DNA of 64,000 nucleotides from an uncultured bacterium (GTDB lineage Bacteria; Patescibacteriota; Minisyncoccia; UBA6257; 2-01-FULL-56-20): contig CAWJQC010000009.1 of the NCBI GenBank assembly GCA_963844965.1, positions 62,037-126,036 on the forward strand, written 5' to 3'. Below the pieces are notes generated by a model, which worked only from the letters and a program-made list of their open reading frames with translations, searched no databases and had not been told where the DNA came from. This document shows positions 49,763 to 61,214 of this stretch, in pieces. Every line of letters starts with the position of its first letter. Position 1 is the first letter of the stretch. The translations under genes were made by a program, and so were the position numbers.

Positions 49763-50188
49763 TCAAGCAGATACTTTCACTCTCATCTCAGCCAAAAAAT
49801 CTTTATCGTCCTGTGTGAGGCTCGCATCGTATTTTCTCGCTGGGTCAACGGGGGCAATAATTCCCATCCGCCCAACCAGATCATTGAATGTCACGCGATG
49901 GTCTACTTTGGAATGATTGCAGCTGCGCGGAAGGATTTCATTTGGAAATTCCATACCAAGTTCAATCAGTCGCCGACAAATAGCCGACTCATCACGCCCC
50001 ACAATGGAATAAAGAAGTTGGCGTTGCTTCTGCAGTAAGCTCAGTAAATTCCGCAACCGCTCTACCTCGTAGCCATATTTATACTCCATTTCCTCTATAG
50101 CGTTAACTATGTAGGGCTCGGGCGAATCAAAAATGCAAATAAGAAGGCAAATTACATCCTGCGTCAGTTTAATTGCGGAATTATCCAC
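49763..50188 (-). CDS. hypothetical protein
   Basis: 141-aa ORF with no motif recognised. Confidence 0.35.
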   Translation of the reverse strand: MDNSAIKLTQDVICLLICIFDSPEPYIVNAIEEMEYKYGYEVERLRNLLSLLQKQRQLLYSIVGRDESAICRRLIELGMEFPNEILPRSCNHSKVDHRVTFNDLVGRMGIIAPVDPARKYDASLTQDDKDFLAEMRVKVSA

Positions 50189-50270
50189 ACCGCCTCCTAC
50201 AGCCGACAGTTCAGTACAATTTTCTTAGAGCATTATAGCGAATCTAGAAAGCTTTGTAAATGCCGGGTGT

Positions 50271-50912
50271 TTACTTTTCAAGTCCAGAAAGTGGGCACAG
50301 ATTGTGCCTGTGAGGACGAGCCTGACAAAACTTTCTTCCATAATCGATCAGGAGATAGGTAAATTTGAACCAGTCCTTTTTGGGAATGATTTGCATAAGG
50401 TCACGCTCGATTTTAACCGGATCGTTGTGGCGCGTAAGGCCGAGCTGGCGAGACAAGCGCCGCACATGAGTGTCAACCGCTATCCCCTCTACCACGCCAT
50501 AGGCATTGCCCAAAATAACGTTCGCGCTTTTCCTGCCAATGCCGGGAATCGTGAGCATATCGGCCATTGTCCGCGGTAGTTTGCCGCCGAATTTCTCTTT
50601 CACGACTTTCGCCGCCCCCAGAATATTTTTTGCCTTCGCACGGTAGAATCCCGCTGATTTTATATCTTGCTCAAACTCGCGCGGTTTCGCACGGACGTAA
50701 TCCTCAAGCTTCCGGTATTTTTTGAAAAGACGCGCTGTTACCTCGTTAACTTTTTTGTCCGTGCACTGCGCCGAAAGCACAACGGCGACCAAAAGCTCCC
50801 AGTTGTTGCCGTAGTTCAAAACGATTTTCGCGTCCGGAAAAAGTTTCTTAAGGATTTTAATGATTCTCGCCGCGCGCTTTTTCAATTTTGGCAGTTCTTG
50901 TGGAGAAATCAT
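50271..50912 (-). CDS. nth: endonuclease III (HhH-GPD glycosylase with 4Fe-4S cluster)
   Basis: LTIPGIGRKSANVILGNAYG is the HhH-GPD motif. The C-terminus has C-x6-C-x2-C-x5-C (CQARPHRHNLCPL). Confidence 0.85.
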   Translation of the reverse strand: MISPQELPKLKKRAARIIKILKKLFPDAKIVLNYGNNWELLVAVVLSAQCTDKKVNEVTARLFKKYRKLEDYVRAKPREFEQDIKSAGFYRAKAKNILGAAKVVKEKFGGKLPRTMADMLTIPGIGRKSANVILGNAYGVVEGIAVDTHVRRLSRQLGLTRHNDPVKIERDLMQIIPKKDWFKFTYLLIDYGRKFCQARPHRHNLCPLSGLEK

Positions 50913-50941
50913 CGCATTATAACTATAATAAATAATAAACG

Positions 50942-51517
50942 ATGACGGAAGTGCTTTCTTCGTCCTTCTTTAATCGGCCGACGATTGCGGTAGCGCGCGA
51001 CCTGCTCGGGAAATTTATCGTACGCCGATGGCGCAGCCGTGACATTGCGCTTATGCTCACCGAAGTTGAGGCCTACGACGGGCCGAACGATCTGGCGTCA
51101 CACGCGAGCCACGGCAAAACGGAGCGAACAAAAATCATGTTCGGCGAAGCTGGACGGTTTTATGTCTATTTCACCTATGGAATGCACTGGCTTGCAAATG
51201 TCGTAACAGGCCCTAAAGGATACCCGGCGGCAATTCTGTTGCGAGCCGGACGAACCGCCGACAACAGGAATATTGTCGGCCCTGCGCGGCTGACGAAATA
51301 TTTGAAGATAAACGGGAAGTTCAACGGAAAAACAGCCGGCCGGAATACCGGTCTTTGGTTTGAAGACCGCGGCGTAAAAATAAAACCGCGGGATATTATC
51401 CGCGGCAAACGAATCGGCGTGGATTACGCCGGTGCGTGGGCGAATAAGTTATATAACTTTAAATTCGTCAAAGTTAAAGATAAAAATGCCGCCCGTTTGC
51501 GAGCGGCTATGAAGTGA
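50942..51517 (+). CDS. mpg: DNA-3-methyladenine glycosylase (Mpg/AAG family)
   Basis: ARDLLGKFIVRR...TEVEAYDGPNDLASHASHGKTERTKIMFGEAGRFYVYFTYGMHWLANVV is the Pur_DNA_glyco signature. Confidence 0.85.
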   Translation: MTEVLSSSFFNRPTIAVARDLLGKFIVRRWRSRDIALMLTEVEAYDGPNDLASHASHGKTERTKIMFGEAGRFYVYFTYGMHWLANVVTGPKGYPAAILLRAGRTADNRNIVGPARLTKYLKINGKFNGKTAGRNTGLWFEDRGVKIKPRDIIRGKRIGVDYAGAWANKLYNFKFVKVKDKNAARLRAAMK

Positions 51518-51528
51518 AACTTATTCGC

Positions 51529-51789
51529 TTAATCGCCGGTTACGCTCAAGAAATCTTCGGGGGCCTTGTCCCACTTCGGCAAAAAAATCCAAAACAGAAT
51601 ATATAATGGCACCAGCACATCAGGTAACCACAGTAAGCACAAAACCATAAAAATGAGTCTTAATACCCAGCAGGGCACCCCTAGATAGTATGCGAAACCG
51701 CTTAAAACACCGCCGAGCCAACATTCCGGAAATGGTATCTTTCTCAATTTCCGATCAAAATCCTCGAGTAAACCAAGCCCTCTCTGCAT
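51529..51789 (-). CDS. PspC-domain membrane protein
   Basis: CWLGGVLSGFAYYLGVPCWVLRLIFMVLCL matches the PspC pattern. Confidence 0.55.
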   Translation of the reverse strand: MQRGLGLLEDFDRKLRKIPFPECWLGGVLSGFAYYLGVPCWVLRLIFMVLCLLWLPDVLVPLYILFWIFLPKWDKAPEDFLSVTGD

Positions 51790-51844
51790 GGCAAAACCCC
51801 CTTTTCAATTCGTACTGTCGTGCTAAATAAATTCAAGCAAAAAC

Positions 51845-52336
51845 TTATGCTTTTTGCAAGCCTTCAAAGTCGGCGAAAACAGTTTCCACCTTGACCGAGC
51901 GCGGAAGCTTACCGCGCAGGAATTTTTTCGCGGCGCGGAGATATTTGGCGTGTTGTTTTCTTTCAATTTTCGGGTCGTTTTCAAACGCTTTAAGCCCTCC
52001 GTAGGCGCCGCAGTCGCTGTGGGTCATAAGAATAATTCGTCTTGTCGCGTGAACTTCGATCGATACCAAAATCTGCCTCAACACAAATTCGCGATCGACT
52101 TCATCGCCCCGAGGCCCGAGGGTCTTAGCCCCACCGGCGCATTTTATCTCATCAACCCGTTTGTATCCTCTCGCCTTCACCAAGCGGACAAGTACCGGTC
52201 TCCAACCATCGTCAAAACACCAAACAACGGCTGCGTTGGCCACGTAATGCTCGCCCAATTTCCGCGATGGCTTCGCTTTCAAGATAACTTTAGGCATTGC
52301 TCGTTCCCCCTTCTTCAATAATGAATTTCGCGTCAT
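51845..52336 (-). CDS. hypothetical protein
   Basis: 163-aa ORF. The weak, non-canonical beta-carbonic-anhydrase-like residues (WCFDDGWR, HSDCGAYGG) are not assigned. Confidence 0.3.
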   Translation of the reverse strand: MTRNSLLKKGERAMPKVILKAKPSRKLGEHYVANAAVVWCFDDGWRPVLVRLVKARGYKRVDEIKCAGGAKTLGPRGDEVDREFVLRQILVSIEVHATRRIILMTHSDCGAYGGLKAFENDPKIERKQHAKYLRAAKKFLRGKLPRSVKVETVFADFEGLQKA

Positions 52337-52547
52337 TCAAACGGACCTCCAAAAATCCGGAGCTTACAGGAATATAATGCTCTTTCCCCGAATTATCAAT
52401 GATTTTCATAATCCCCTCTTTCAAAACCGAAACCAGCGGCTCGTGGTCGTCCAAAACAGTGATCTCGCCGCTCTCGGTCTTGCAGTTCACTGACTGCGCT
52501 TCACCTTGGAAGAGAATCTTTTTTAAGGAATAAATGCCCAAACGCAT
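52290..52547 (-). CDS. atpC: F-type ATP synthase epsilon subunit
   Basis: 85 aa. LDDHEPLVSVLKEGIMKI...VSSGFLEV has the beta-sandwich pattern of epsilon. It sits directly downstream of atpD. Confidence 0.75.
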   Translation of the reverse strand: MRLGIYSLKKILFQGEAQSVNCKTESGEITVLDDHEPLVSVLKEGIMKIIDNSGKEHYIPVSSGFLEVRLNDAKFIIEEGGTSNA

Positions 52548-52636
52548 AAGAATTTCTAATATCTAATTTCTAATTGACCCAATCAAATCCGGTTGGCTAT
52601 TAATTAGAAATTAGGTTAATTAGGTTAATTAAAAAT

Positions 52637-54987
<2,351 letters not shown>

Positions 54988-55025
54988 AAAAAAATAATTT
55001 ACTAATTTACCAAGTTGTGCGAATG

Positions 55026-55502
55026 CTATTTTTTCTTAGTGATAAATCCATAAAGATTTCTAAGATATCCTCGATCTTGCCCAAAGGACATCTTTTTGCT
55101 TAATCCAAGAAACTTTATTATTTCCTTATCAGATTTGCCAGCTTCGCGCATTTTCCTTGTAATCTTAATTATATTTATCTGATCATATTTAGATTTCTTA
55201 TAAAGATTTACAATTCCCAAAATCACACAACCCATTCCGGAATGTTTAATTAGATTGCACATTCCACAAATTGTCTGCAGGTTTTTTTGTTTGTTATTAT
55301 TGGGATTGCCATCAATATGATCAACGATTTGCCCTTTGAAACTTTGGAAGCCGCAATACTGGCAGGTATACTCATCGCGATCTAAGATTTTCAACCGTAA
55401 AGATTTCCATTCCTTAAAATTCAATTTTTTCTTCTCTTCTTGATTGCGCCACGTTCTCGGAGGTGCAAATGAAGGAAAAAAGTTTTTGTTATTACTCGCC
55501 AT
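55026..55502 (-). CDS. HNH endonuclease inserted between atpA and atpG
   Basis: CQYCG...IVDHIDGNPNNN..NLQTICGMCNLIKH is the HNH motif set. Same strand as the operon, and 13 and 38 nt from the neighbouring genes. Confidence 0.8.
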   Translation of the reverse strand: MASNNKNFFPSFAPPRTWRNQEEKKKLNFKEWKSLRLKILDRDEYTCQYCGFQSFKGQIVDHIDGNPNNNKQKNLQTICGMCNLIKHSGMGCVILGIVNLYKKSKYDQINIIKITRKMREAGKSDKEIIKFLGLSKKMSFGQDRGYLRNLYGFITKKK

Positions 55503-55516
55503 AGCGCCTTTTAAAT

Positions 55517-57040
55517 TTATTTCAAAAAGTGCGTGATTGCCGCTTTTAGTTTTTCTTCTATCTCCGGCGTCAGTTCCCCTTTTGTTTTTATCGGATTCAA
55601 AACGTCTTCGGCGTGGAATTTCTTCATATATTCAAGAAAGTCGGCTTCCGTTTTTTTCACCTCGTCCGCGGAAAATTTCTCAAAGTAGCCGTTCAAAACA
55701 GCGTAGAAAACGACGACCTGTTCCTCTACCGGCAACGGCGCTTGGTCCTCCTGTTTCAGGATTTCCATGATTATCTGCCCCTCGTGGATGCGCTTCTTCG
55801 TCGCTTCATCAACGTCGGAAGCGAATTGCACGAAAGCCCGCAGTTCGCGGAATTGCGCGAGTGATAGCCGCAATTTGCCGGCGACTTTTTTCATCGCTTT
55901 TGTCTGTGCCGCCGAGCCCACGCGCGAAACGGAAAGTCCGACATTCACCGCCGGCCGGATACCTTGATAGAACAGATCGGACTCCAGATATATTTGGCCA
56001 TCGGTGATTGAAATGATATTTGTAGGAATATACGCCGTGACGTCGCCGAGCTGAGTTTCCACGATGGGCAGTGCCGTGAGCGAGCCGCCGCCTTTTTCCT
56101 TGGACATTTTCGCGGCACGTTCCAAAAGACGGGAGTGCAGGTAGAAAATATCTCCAGGATACGCCTCACGGCCTGGTGGACGGCGCAAGAGCAAGGAAAT
56201 CTGTCTGTAAGCCCAAGCATGCTTTGATAAATCGTCATAAATCACAAGCGCGTCATCGCCTTTATCCCGAAAATATTCCCCTATTGCCGCTCCGGCGAAA
56301 GGCGCGAGATACCACAACGCCGCCGGCGACGAAGCGGACGCGGAAACGACAATTGTATATTTCAAAGAATCAAATTTTTTCAGCGTCTCCACGATCTTCG
56401 CCACCTTGGATTCCTTCTGGCCGACAGCGACGTAAATGCAAACCGGCAATTTTCTGGCTTTGTCAGAACCTTGGTTGATAATTGCGTCAAGCGCGAGGGC
56501 AGTTTTACCGGTCTGCCTGTCGCCAATGATAAGCTCGCGCTGGCCGCGGCCGATGGGAATCATGGAATCAATGGATTTCAAGCCAGTGTGAAGCGGCGTG
56601 GAAACCGGCTCGCGCTCAAGAACCGACGGCGCTCTGTTTTCAAGAAATACCCGCGTGGACTTTGAGCCAGCCGAGAAGATAGGGCCGCGGCCGTCAAGCG
56701 GATTGCCCAAGGGATCAACAACTCTTCCAAAAAGTCCGTCACCGACCTCAAGAGAAAGCACCTGTCCCGTTCCCTTCACCACGTCGCCGCTCGCGACCGC
56801 GCCAGCGTCATCCAACACCAAGGCACCCACGGTGTCTTCCTCAAGATTCAGAACAAGAGCCCGGCGTTCGCCTTCCGTAGTTTCTATAGTCAATATCTCC
56901 TGGCTAAGCGCTTTCGCGAGACCGGTAATTTTCACGATGCCGTCTCCCGCCTCGGTCACGCGGCCAATATCTTCCCACTTCGCGGAGTCCTTGTAACCCT
57001 CAATTTCCTTTTTTAATTTTTCTATAATATCAAAACTCAT
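55517..57040 (-). CDS. atpA: F-type ATP synthase alpha subunit
   Basis: The protein is 507 aa. The Walker A motif is GDRQTGKTAL. The sequence is typical of alpha subunits throughout. Confidence 0.95.
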   Translation of the reverse strand: MSFDIIEKLKKEIEGYKDSAKWEDIGRVTEAGDGIVKITGLAKALSQEILTIETTEGERRALVLNLEEDTVGALVLDDAGAVASGDVVKGTGQVLSLEVGDGLFGRVVDPLGNPLDGRGPIFSAGSKSTRVFLENRAPSVLEREPVSTPLHTGLKSIDSMIPIGRGQRELIIGDRQTGKTALALDAIINQGSDKARKLPVCIYVAVGQKESKVAKIVETLKKFDSLKYTIVVSASASSPAALWYLAPFAGAAIGEYFRDKGDDALVIYDDLSKHAWAYRQISLLLRRPPGREAYPGDIFYLHSRLLERAAKMSKEKGGGSLTALPIVETQLGDVTAYIPTNIISITDGQIYLESDLFYQGIRPAVNVGLSVSRVGSAAQTKAMKKVAGKLRLSLAQFRELRAFVQFASDVDEATKKRIHEGQIIMEILKQEDQAPLPVEEQVVVFYAVLNGYFEKFSADEVKKTEADFLEYMKKFHAEDVLNPIKTKGELTPEIEEKLKAAITHFLK

Positions 57041-57046
57041 ATGAGA

Positions 57047-57421
57047 TTACGCGAATATTTTTTGAAGCTTGCACGCGAGCGAACCGTCGTATTGCCGTTC
57101 GCCATCCTTTATAATTTTCACGCCCGCAACCACCGAGGATATTATCTTCTCTTCCAGAACATCCGTGGACCCCACAAGATTGTTGAACAAGCCACGCGCG
57201 TCTTTGAGCGGCCTAGCCGACTCAAACGTCCATTTGCTGCGGCTGCTCTGCTTCAGCAAAAATTTTTCGGCGAGGACCGAAATCTTCCCGATTTGGCGCA
57301 TGTCGCCGTTTTTCGCGATAAGCGCGAGAAAATTTTTTATCACAAACTCCTCGCGCTCTTCCGGAGTCCGCGCGGCTACCTCGGCGAATGCTTTGGCATA
57401 TGTTTGTGGGGAATATTTCAT
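57047..57421 (-). CDS. atpH: F-type ATP synthase delta (OSCP) subunit, short
   Basis: MKYSPQTYAKAFAEVAAR is a typical delta N-terminus. The C-terminal pattern is ...GVKIIKDGERQYDGSL. Its ATG is formed by the terminal GGGATG of the MITE-like element. Confidence 0.7.
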   Translation of the reverse strand: MKYSPQTYAKAFAEVAARTPEEREEFVIKNFLALIAKNGDMRQIGKISVLAEKFLLKQSSRSKWTFESARPLKDARGLFNNLVGSTDVLEEKIISSVVAGVKIIKDGERQYDGSLACKLQKIFA

Positions 57422-57542
57422 CCCGTTAGAAGCAGATCGCAATCGGCGACCTGCACAAAAATTTGTTTGATTTGCGATGATTGTTTATTCATTTATAAAA
57501 ATTTCATAATTATTCTAAGCGATCGCGGCTTCTAACGGGATT
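57419..57542. repeat. MITE-like element, family 2, copy 2, inserted exactly between atpF stop and atpH start
   Basis: catcccgttagaagcagatcgc ... gatcgcggcttctaacgggatt. The last nt is the first nt of the atpF TGA, and the first three nt are the complement of the atpH ATG. Confidence 0.6.
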
Positions 57543-58036
57543 CATATGACTTCTTTGATTGCCTTTTGTATCAAAGCATCATCAATCTTATCCGGTGAGA
57601 GTTCCACGGTCTTTATAATCGCGTCTTTCACTAGTTTTGCCGCTTCTTTTTTCATCAAGAGCCGCGACTCCTCCTCTTTACTCCGTAAAAGCACTTCGGT
57701 TCGCTTCAGCTCTTCGGTCTCCTTTCTCTTGGCTTCGGCCAGAAGTTCCGCCTCCGTTTTTTTCGCCCTTTCCTCCGTGGCACGGAGGATATTCGTGGCC
57801 TCTCCCTCGGCCTCCTTCAATTTCTCCTTGCCGATCTCTTCTATCTGGTTCAGCCGCTCGTCCGCTTCCTTGGCTTTGGCCAACCCTTCTTCAACCTTTG
57901 CCTTGCGCTCCTTCAGGATTCGAACAACCGGTTTATAAACGAAGAAACGTAAAATCAGAAGAAGTATCAAAAAATTGACCGCCTGGCTCGCAAGCGATCG
58001 CCAATCAATACCAAGTTGACTGATAAGATCACTCAT
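57542..58036 (-). CDS. atpF: F-type ATP synthase b subunit
   Basis: N-terminal TM helix followed by a long charged E/K-rich coiled coil. It sits between atpE and atpH. Confidence 0.8.
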   Translation of the reverse strand: MSDLISQLGIDWRSLASQAVNFLILLLILRFFVYKPVVRILKERKAKVEEGLAKAKEADERLNQIEEIGKEKLKEAEGEATNILRATEERAKKTEAELLAEAKRKETEELKRTEVLLRSKEEESRLLMKKEAAKLVKDAIIKTVELSPDKIDDALIQKAIKEVI

Positions 58037-58136
58037 TAGAACGCGATCCGAAACTACGAATATATCCTAATGCTCCGAATTGGTTTTTGGAATTTTATTC
58101 GGGTCATTCGGATGAAATTCGGATTTTTCGGATTGC

Positions 58137-58367
58137 TTACTTTACGAACTTGATAATCAGAGCGACGACCAGGGCATAAATGGCGATGGCTTCCGCGAAG
58201 GCGATTGCCAGAATCATCGCTGTCTGGATTTTCGGCGCCGCTTCTGGATTCCTGCCGATGGCGTCGGCCGACTTGGGACCGATGAGTCCGATCGCGACAG
58301 CCGGGGCGATCGTGCCCACAGTGATCACGGCCATCGTGGCCAGCAATCTTATTGATTCAATATCCAT
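58137..58367 (-). CDS. atpE: F-type ATP synthase c subunit
   Basis: 76-aa two-helix hairpin. GRNPEA loop. The proton-carrying E is in FAEAIAIYALVVAL. Confidence 0.9.
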   Translation of the reverse strand: MDIESIRLLATMAVITVGTIAPAVAIGLIGPKSADAIGRNPEAAPKIQTAMILAIAFAEAIAIYALVVALIIKFVK

Positions 58368-58599
58368 ACTTTAATTAATTTCTAATTTCTAACATCTAAA
58401 CGACCCTACGACCTTTTGTATTTAATCCTAATTTTCTATTTTCTGCTTAGTGCGCCGCCTCGTGCCCAGTAGTAGACCGAGCACTGCAACGCTCCCACGC
58501 TTTCTTCTGCTACAAACTTGGCACTGGCAAATTCTTTGTTATTTCTCATAATTATTGGTTTTGCCCTGTAGCGTTGTAGAAAATGATGTGCTCGGCTCA

Positions 58600-59331
58600 C
58601 TACTGGGCGTGTTCCGTCGTCGCTATCGCCACGAATACAAGCGCGAGCATTGAAAATATAAATGCCTGAATGAAACCAACAAAAATCTCCAGAAACAAAA
58701 ATGGCAGGGGTACAACGAACGGGACGAGAAAGGCGATGATCGTAAGAAGTACCTCGCCGGCAAACACATTCCCAAACAACCTGAACGAGAACGATATAAT
58801 CTTAGCAAATTCGGAAATAAGCTCAAGTATGCCGATGAAGAATTCGATCGGCCCTTTAAAGTTGAAAAATTTGGAAAGGTGCGCTTTCGCACCCACGACC
58901 GCTATGCCGATGATATTCACGGTGAAAACCGTTATTAGCGCCAAAGCCAGCGTGAAGTTCAGGTCGCTAGCCGGAGAACGCAGAAACGGCACGAATTCAC
59001 CATTTTCCCGCAATCCCAGGGACCCCACGCCGGGCAGAAGACCCAACCAGTTGGATGTGATAATGAAGAGAAAAATCGTGGCAATAAGCGGCAGGTACCT
59101 CTCCGATTTTTCGCGTTTTATGAGCACCGAATCCATAATGCCGAGCATTCCCTCTATGATCATTTCAACAACGTTCTGCATTTTGCCGGGAACCAGCGCG
59201 AGGCGACGCCGCAAGGAAACGGAAATAACGGTCAAAAGCAGAACTGCGAGCATGGCCATGAAGACCGTGTTCGTGACCGGAAAACTACCTATATGAAAAA
59301 TTGGCTCGGCGCGCAATGAAATGTGGAGCAT
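58600..59331 (-). CDS. atpB: F-type ATP synthase a subunit
   Basis: 243 aa, polytopic. The conserved Arg region is ...SFSFRLFGNVFAGEVLL. It is the first gene of the operon. Confidence 0.8.
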   Translation of the reverse strand: MLHISLRAEPIFHIGSFPVTNTVFMAMLAVLLLTVISVSLRRRLALVPGKMQNVVEMIIEGMLGIMDSVLIKREKSERYLPLIATIFLFIITSNWLGLLPGVGSLGLRENGEFVPFLRSPASDLNFTLALALITVFTVNIIGIAVVGAKAHLSKFFNFKGPIEFFIGILELISEFAKIISFSFRLFGNVFAGEVLLTIIAFLVPFVVPLPFLFLEIFVGFIQAFIFSMLALVFVAIATTEHAQ

Positions 59332-59370
59332 CAGGTATAGGTTTAATTTAGAAAAAACGCTATATTCACT

Positions 59371-59800
59371 TTAAGCAATTGCGGCCAAATTTCCGTTTAG
59401 GCAAACAGCGTCCATGGCCTCGATCTCTTCCATATAAGGAAGCCCTGCGGGCATTCCATTCAATAAAAATATCTTTTTGTGATTTACGTATGCCTGCCCC
59501 ATTTCCATAAGAACGTTGCCGCCGATATAATTTTTGACGCCATTCTTGTTGTGGTTAACGATAAGAACTGCGTCGCTTGCCAGGATGTTTTTGTAATGGT
59601 CGTGAAAATAATTCCTTTCTCTCTTAATGGCGGCTTCTTCGCCCTTGCGCCAGCGGTCAATGATATCCGCTTTGTCGCCGCGGGCGAACGCTTCATAGTC
59701 TGGATGAATCCAGCCGTCATAACCCAGAGCGCACAATTGATCTTTACAATTGACCATTTCCTTATAGAAATGACTGCTGCCGAGAACATAGATTCTTCAT
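59371..59800 (-). CDS. hypothetical Rossmann-like protein (nucleoside 2-deoxyribosyltransferase-like?); start region frameshifted
   Basis: ORF 59371..59757, with upstream frame RIYVLGSSHFYKEM. Deleting one A from atgaagaatc gives ATG AGA ATC = MRIYVLGSS. Confidence 0.35.
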
Positions 59801-59966
59801 GGTTCATATCTTATAATATTTTTTTACATAAAACAATTGCGTGACGAATTGATTTTTATTTTACGGCTGCAATATGTCCGCTGTTCGGCCGTTTATGGAA
59901 ATCACGGTGTCTTTGACGCTCGGAAATTGCTTTAACGTGTTCACTTTTTGCCAACGTAATTAGCAA

Positions 59967-60224
59967 TTATTTCCGTATAGCGCCTTCTCTTTTGAGTATC
60001 TCGGCTTTTCGCCGCGTGCCTCGATTATAACCGCCGGGGCTTCCATCCGCGCGTATTACTCTATGGCAAGGAATTTGCGGGTTCCGATTTTTATTCAAAA
60101 TATTGCCAACGGCGCGGCAGGCGCGCGGATTACCGGTGCGTTTGGCAACTTCTTTGTAGGTCAAAACCCTCCCTTTTGGGATCGTCTCTACAATTTTCAA
60201 AACTTTTTCGGAAAAATTATTCAT
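59967..60224 (-). CDS. methylated-DNA-protein-cysteine methyltransferase DNA-binding domain protein (Ogt/MGMT C-terminal domain, active-site Cys present)
   Basis: The likely start is the internal MNNFSEKVLKIVETIPKGRVLTYKEVAKRTGNPRACRAVGNILNKNRNPQIPCHRVIRADGSPGGY, which carries the PCHRV motif. Confidence 0.75.
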   Translation of the reverse strand: MNNFSEKVLKIVETIPKGRVLTYKEVAKRTGNPRACRAVGNILNKNRNPQIPCHRVIRADGSPGGYNRGTRRKAEILKREGAIRK

Positions 60225-61109
60225 TGAGGCATTGGTTGAACGCGGCAACTTCGCCGTTATACGCCGATACATCATCCTTAACCTGGACCACAAGCGTATT
60301 GTAACTGGCAACCAGTTGATTGTATTGGTCAACATCTTGATCATAAGTTGTGCGTTCCCCGGACGTCTGGAGATTAATGTTATCAATCTCCGCTTTCAGC
60401 GTTTGTAAATTATTCTGCATACTTTGCAGCTCGTTTTGTCCGGCATCAATCTTCGCTTTGAGCGTATCGTCAACCGCCGGACAGGAAGACGCCGGCTTGC
60501 CGAAGATCCGCACCCGATCCAGGCGGAGTGGCCCGCGTAGTTTCCTTCCTTTACGGCCACACCGATTTCTTGATACTTAGTATTCAAGATGTTGGCGCGG
60601 TGGCCGGGACTGTTCATCCACGCCGTCACAAGGTCTTCGTCGCCGGAAAAATCGCCGAGCGCCAAATTCTCCCCGAGGGCGATATAATCATAGCCAACTT
60701 CTTTCGCAACGCTCTCGGCGCTGGAACCAGTCGGAGAAACGTGGGCGAAGTACTGGTTCTTGAACATATCGGCAAGCCGCAAAGCGGCGATCTCGTCCAG
60801 CTCCGAATTTTCGGCGAGCGGCGGCAGGGCTCCGTTATTTCTCCTCTCCGTGTTCGTCCACTTTATTGTTCCCGCAATCGTCAGCTTTGCCGCGACCGTC
60901 GCGGTCGACGTGGAAGTTTTCTTTGGGACAACAAGCGGAGGCGGTGTGTTTACCTGCTTCCTGACCTCTTCAACCGCAGTGTTAACGGCCGTTTTTTCAA
61001 AACTCGCGAGCCGCGGAGAAAAATAATTGAAAATGCTCGCGCGGTAGAAAAAAATGAGCGCGATTGCGAGAAGAAGCGACAAATAAAAAATAAACTTGAA
61101 CTTTTTCAT
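60217..61109 (-). CDS. secreted CAP/SCP/PR1-like (YkwD-type) protein with C-terminal coiled-coil extension; frameshift near 60400-60510
   Basis: Signal peptide. DEIAALRLADMFKNQYFAHVSP...GENLALG...WMNSPGHRANIL...EIGVAV are CAP-domain motifs. ORF 60217..60513 continues colinearly. Confidence 0.6.
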
Positions 61110-61147
61110 ACTCTAAAAGTATAGCACCATGACTTGCATTATTTTAT

Positions 61148-61176
61148 TTGACAGGATGCTGATAATGCGATATGCT
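61148..61176 (+). promoter_or_regulatory. sigma70-like promoter TTGACA-17-TATGCT
   Basis: TTGACAggatgctgataatgcgaTATGCT, 39 nt upstream of the ATG at 61215. Confidence 0.4.
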
Positions 61177-61214
61177 AACGAGTAGTTCTATCATCAATCC
61201 GGGAGGCGAAACAA

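Noticed and set aside
51845-52336. Beta-carbonic anhydrase assignment for the 163-aa protein (WCFDDGWR / HSDCGAYGG)
   Set aside because: The motifs deviate from CxDxR / HxxC spacing; left as hypothetical.
52548-52636. Short tandem AT-rich repeats (ttaattagaaattaggttaattaggttaattaa) considered as a CRISPR-like or replication-origin array
   Set aside because: Irregular units and only 2-3 copies, located in the atpD-atpC spacer. Treated as a regulatory AT-rich motif instead. No CRISPR array seen anywhere in the window.
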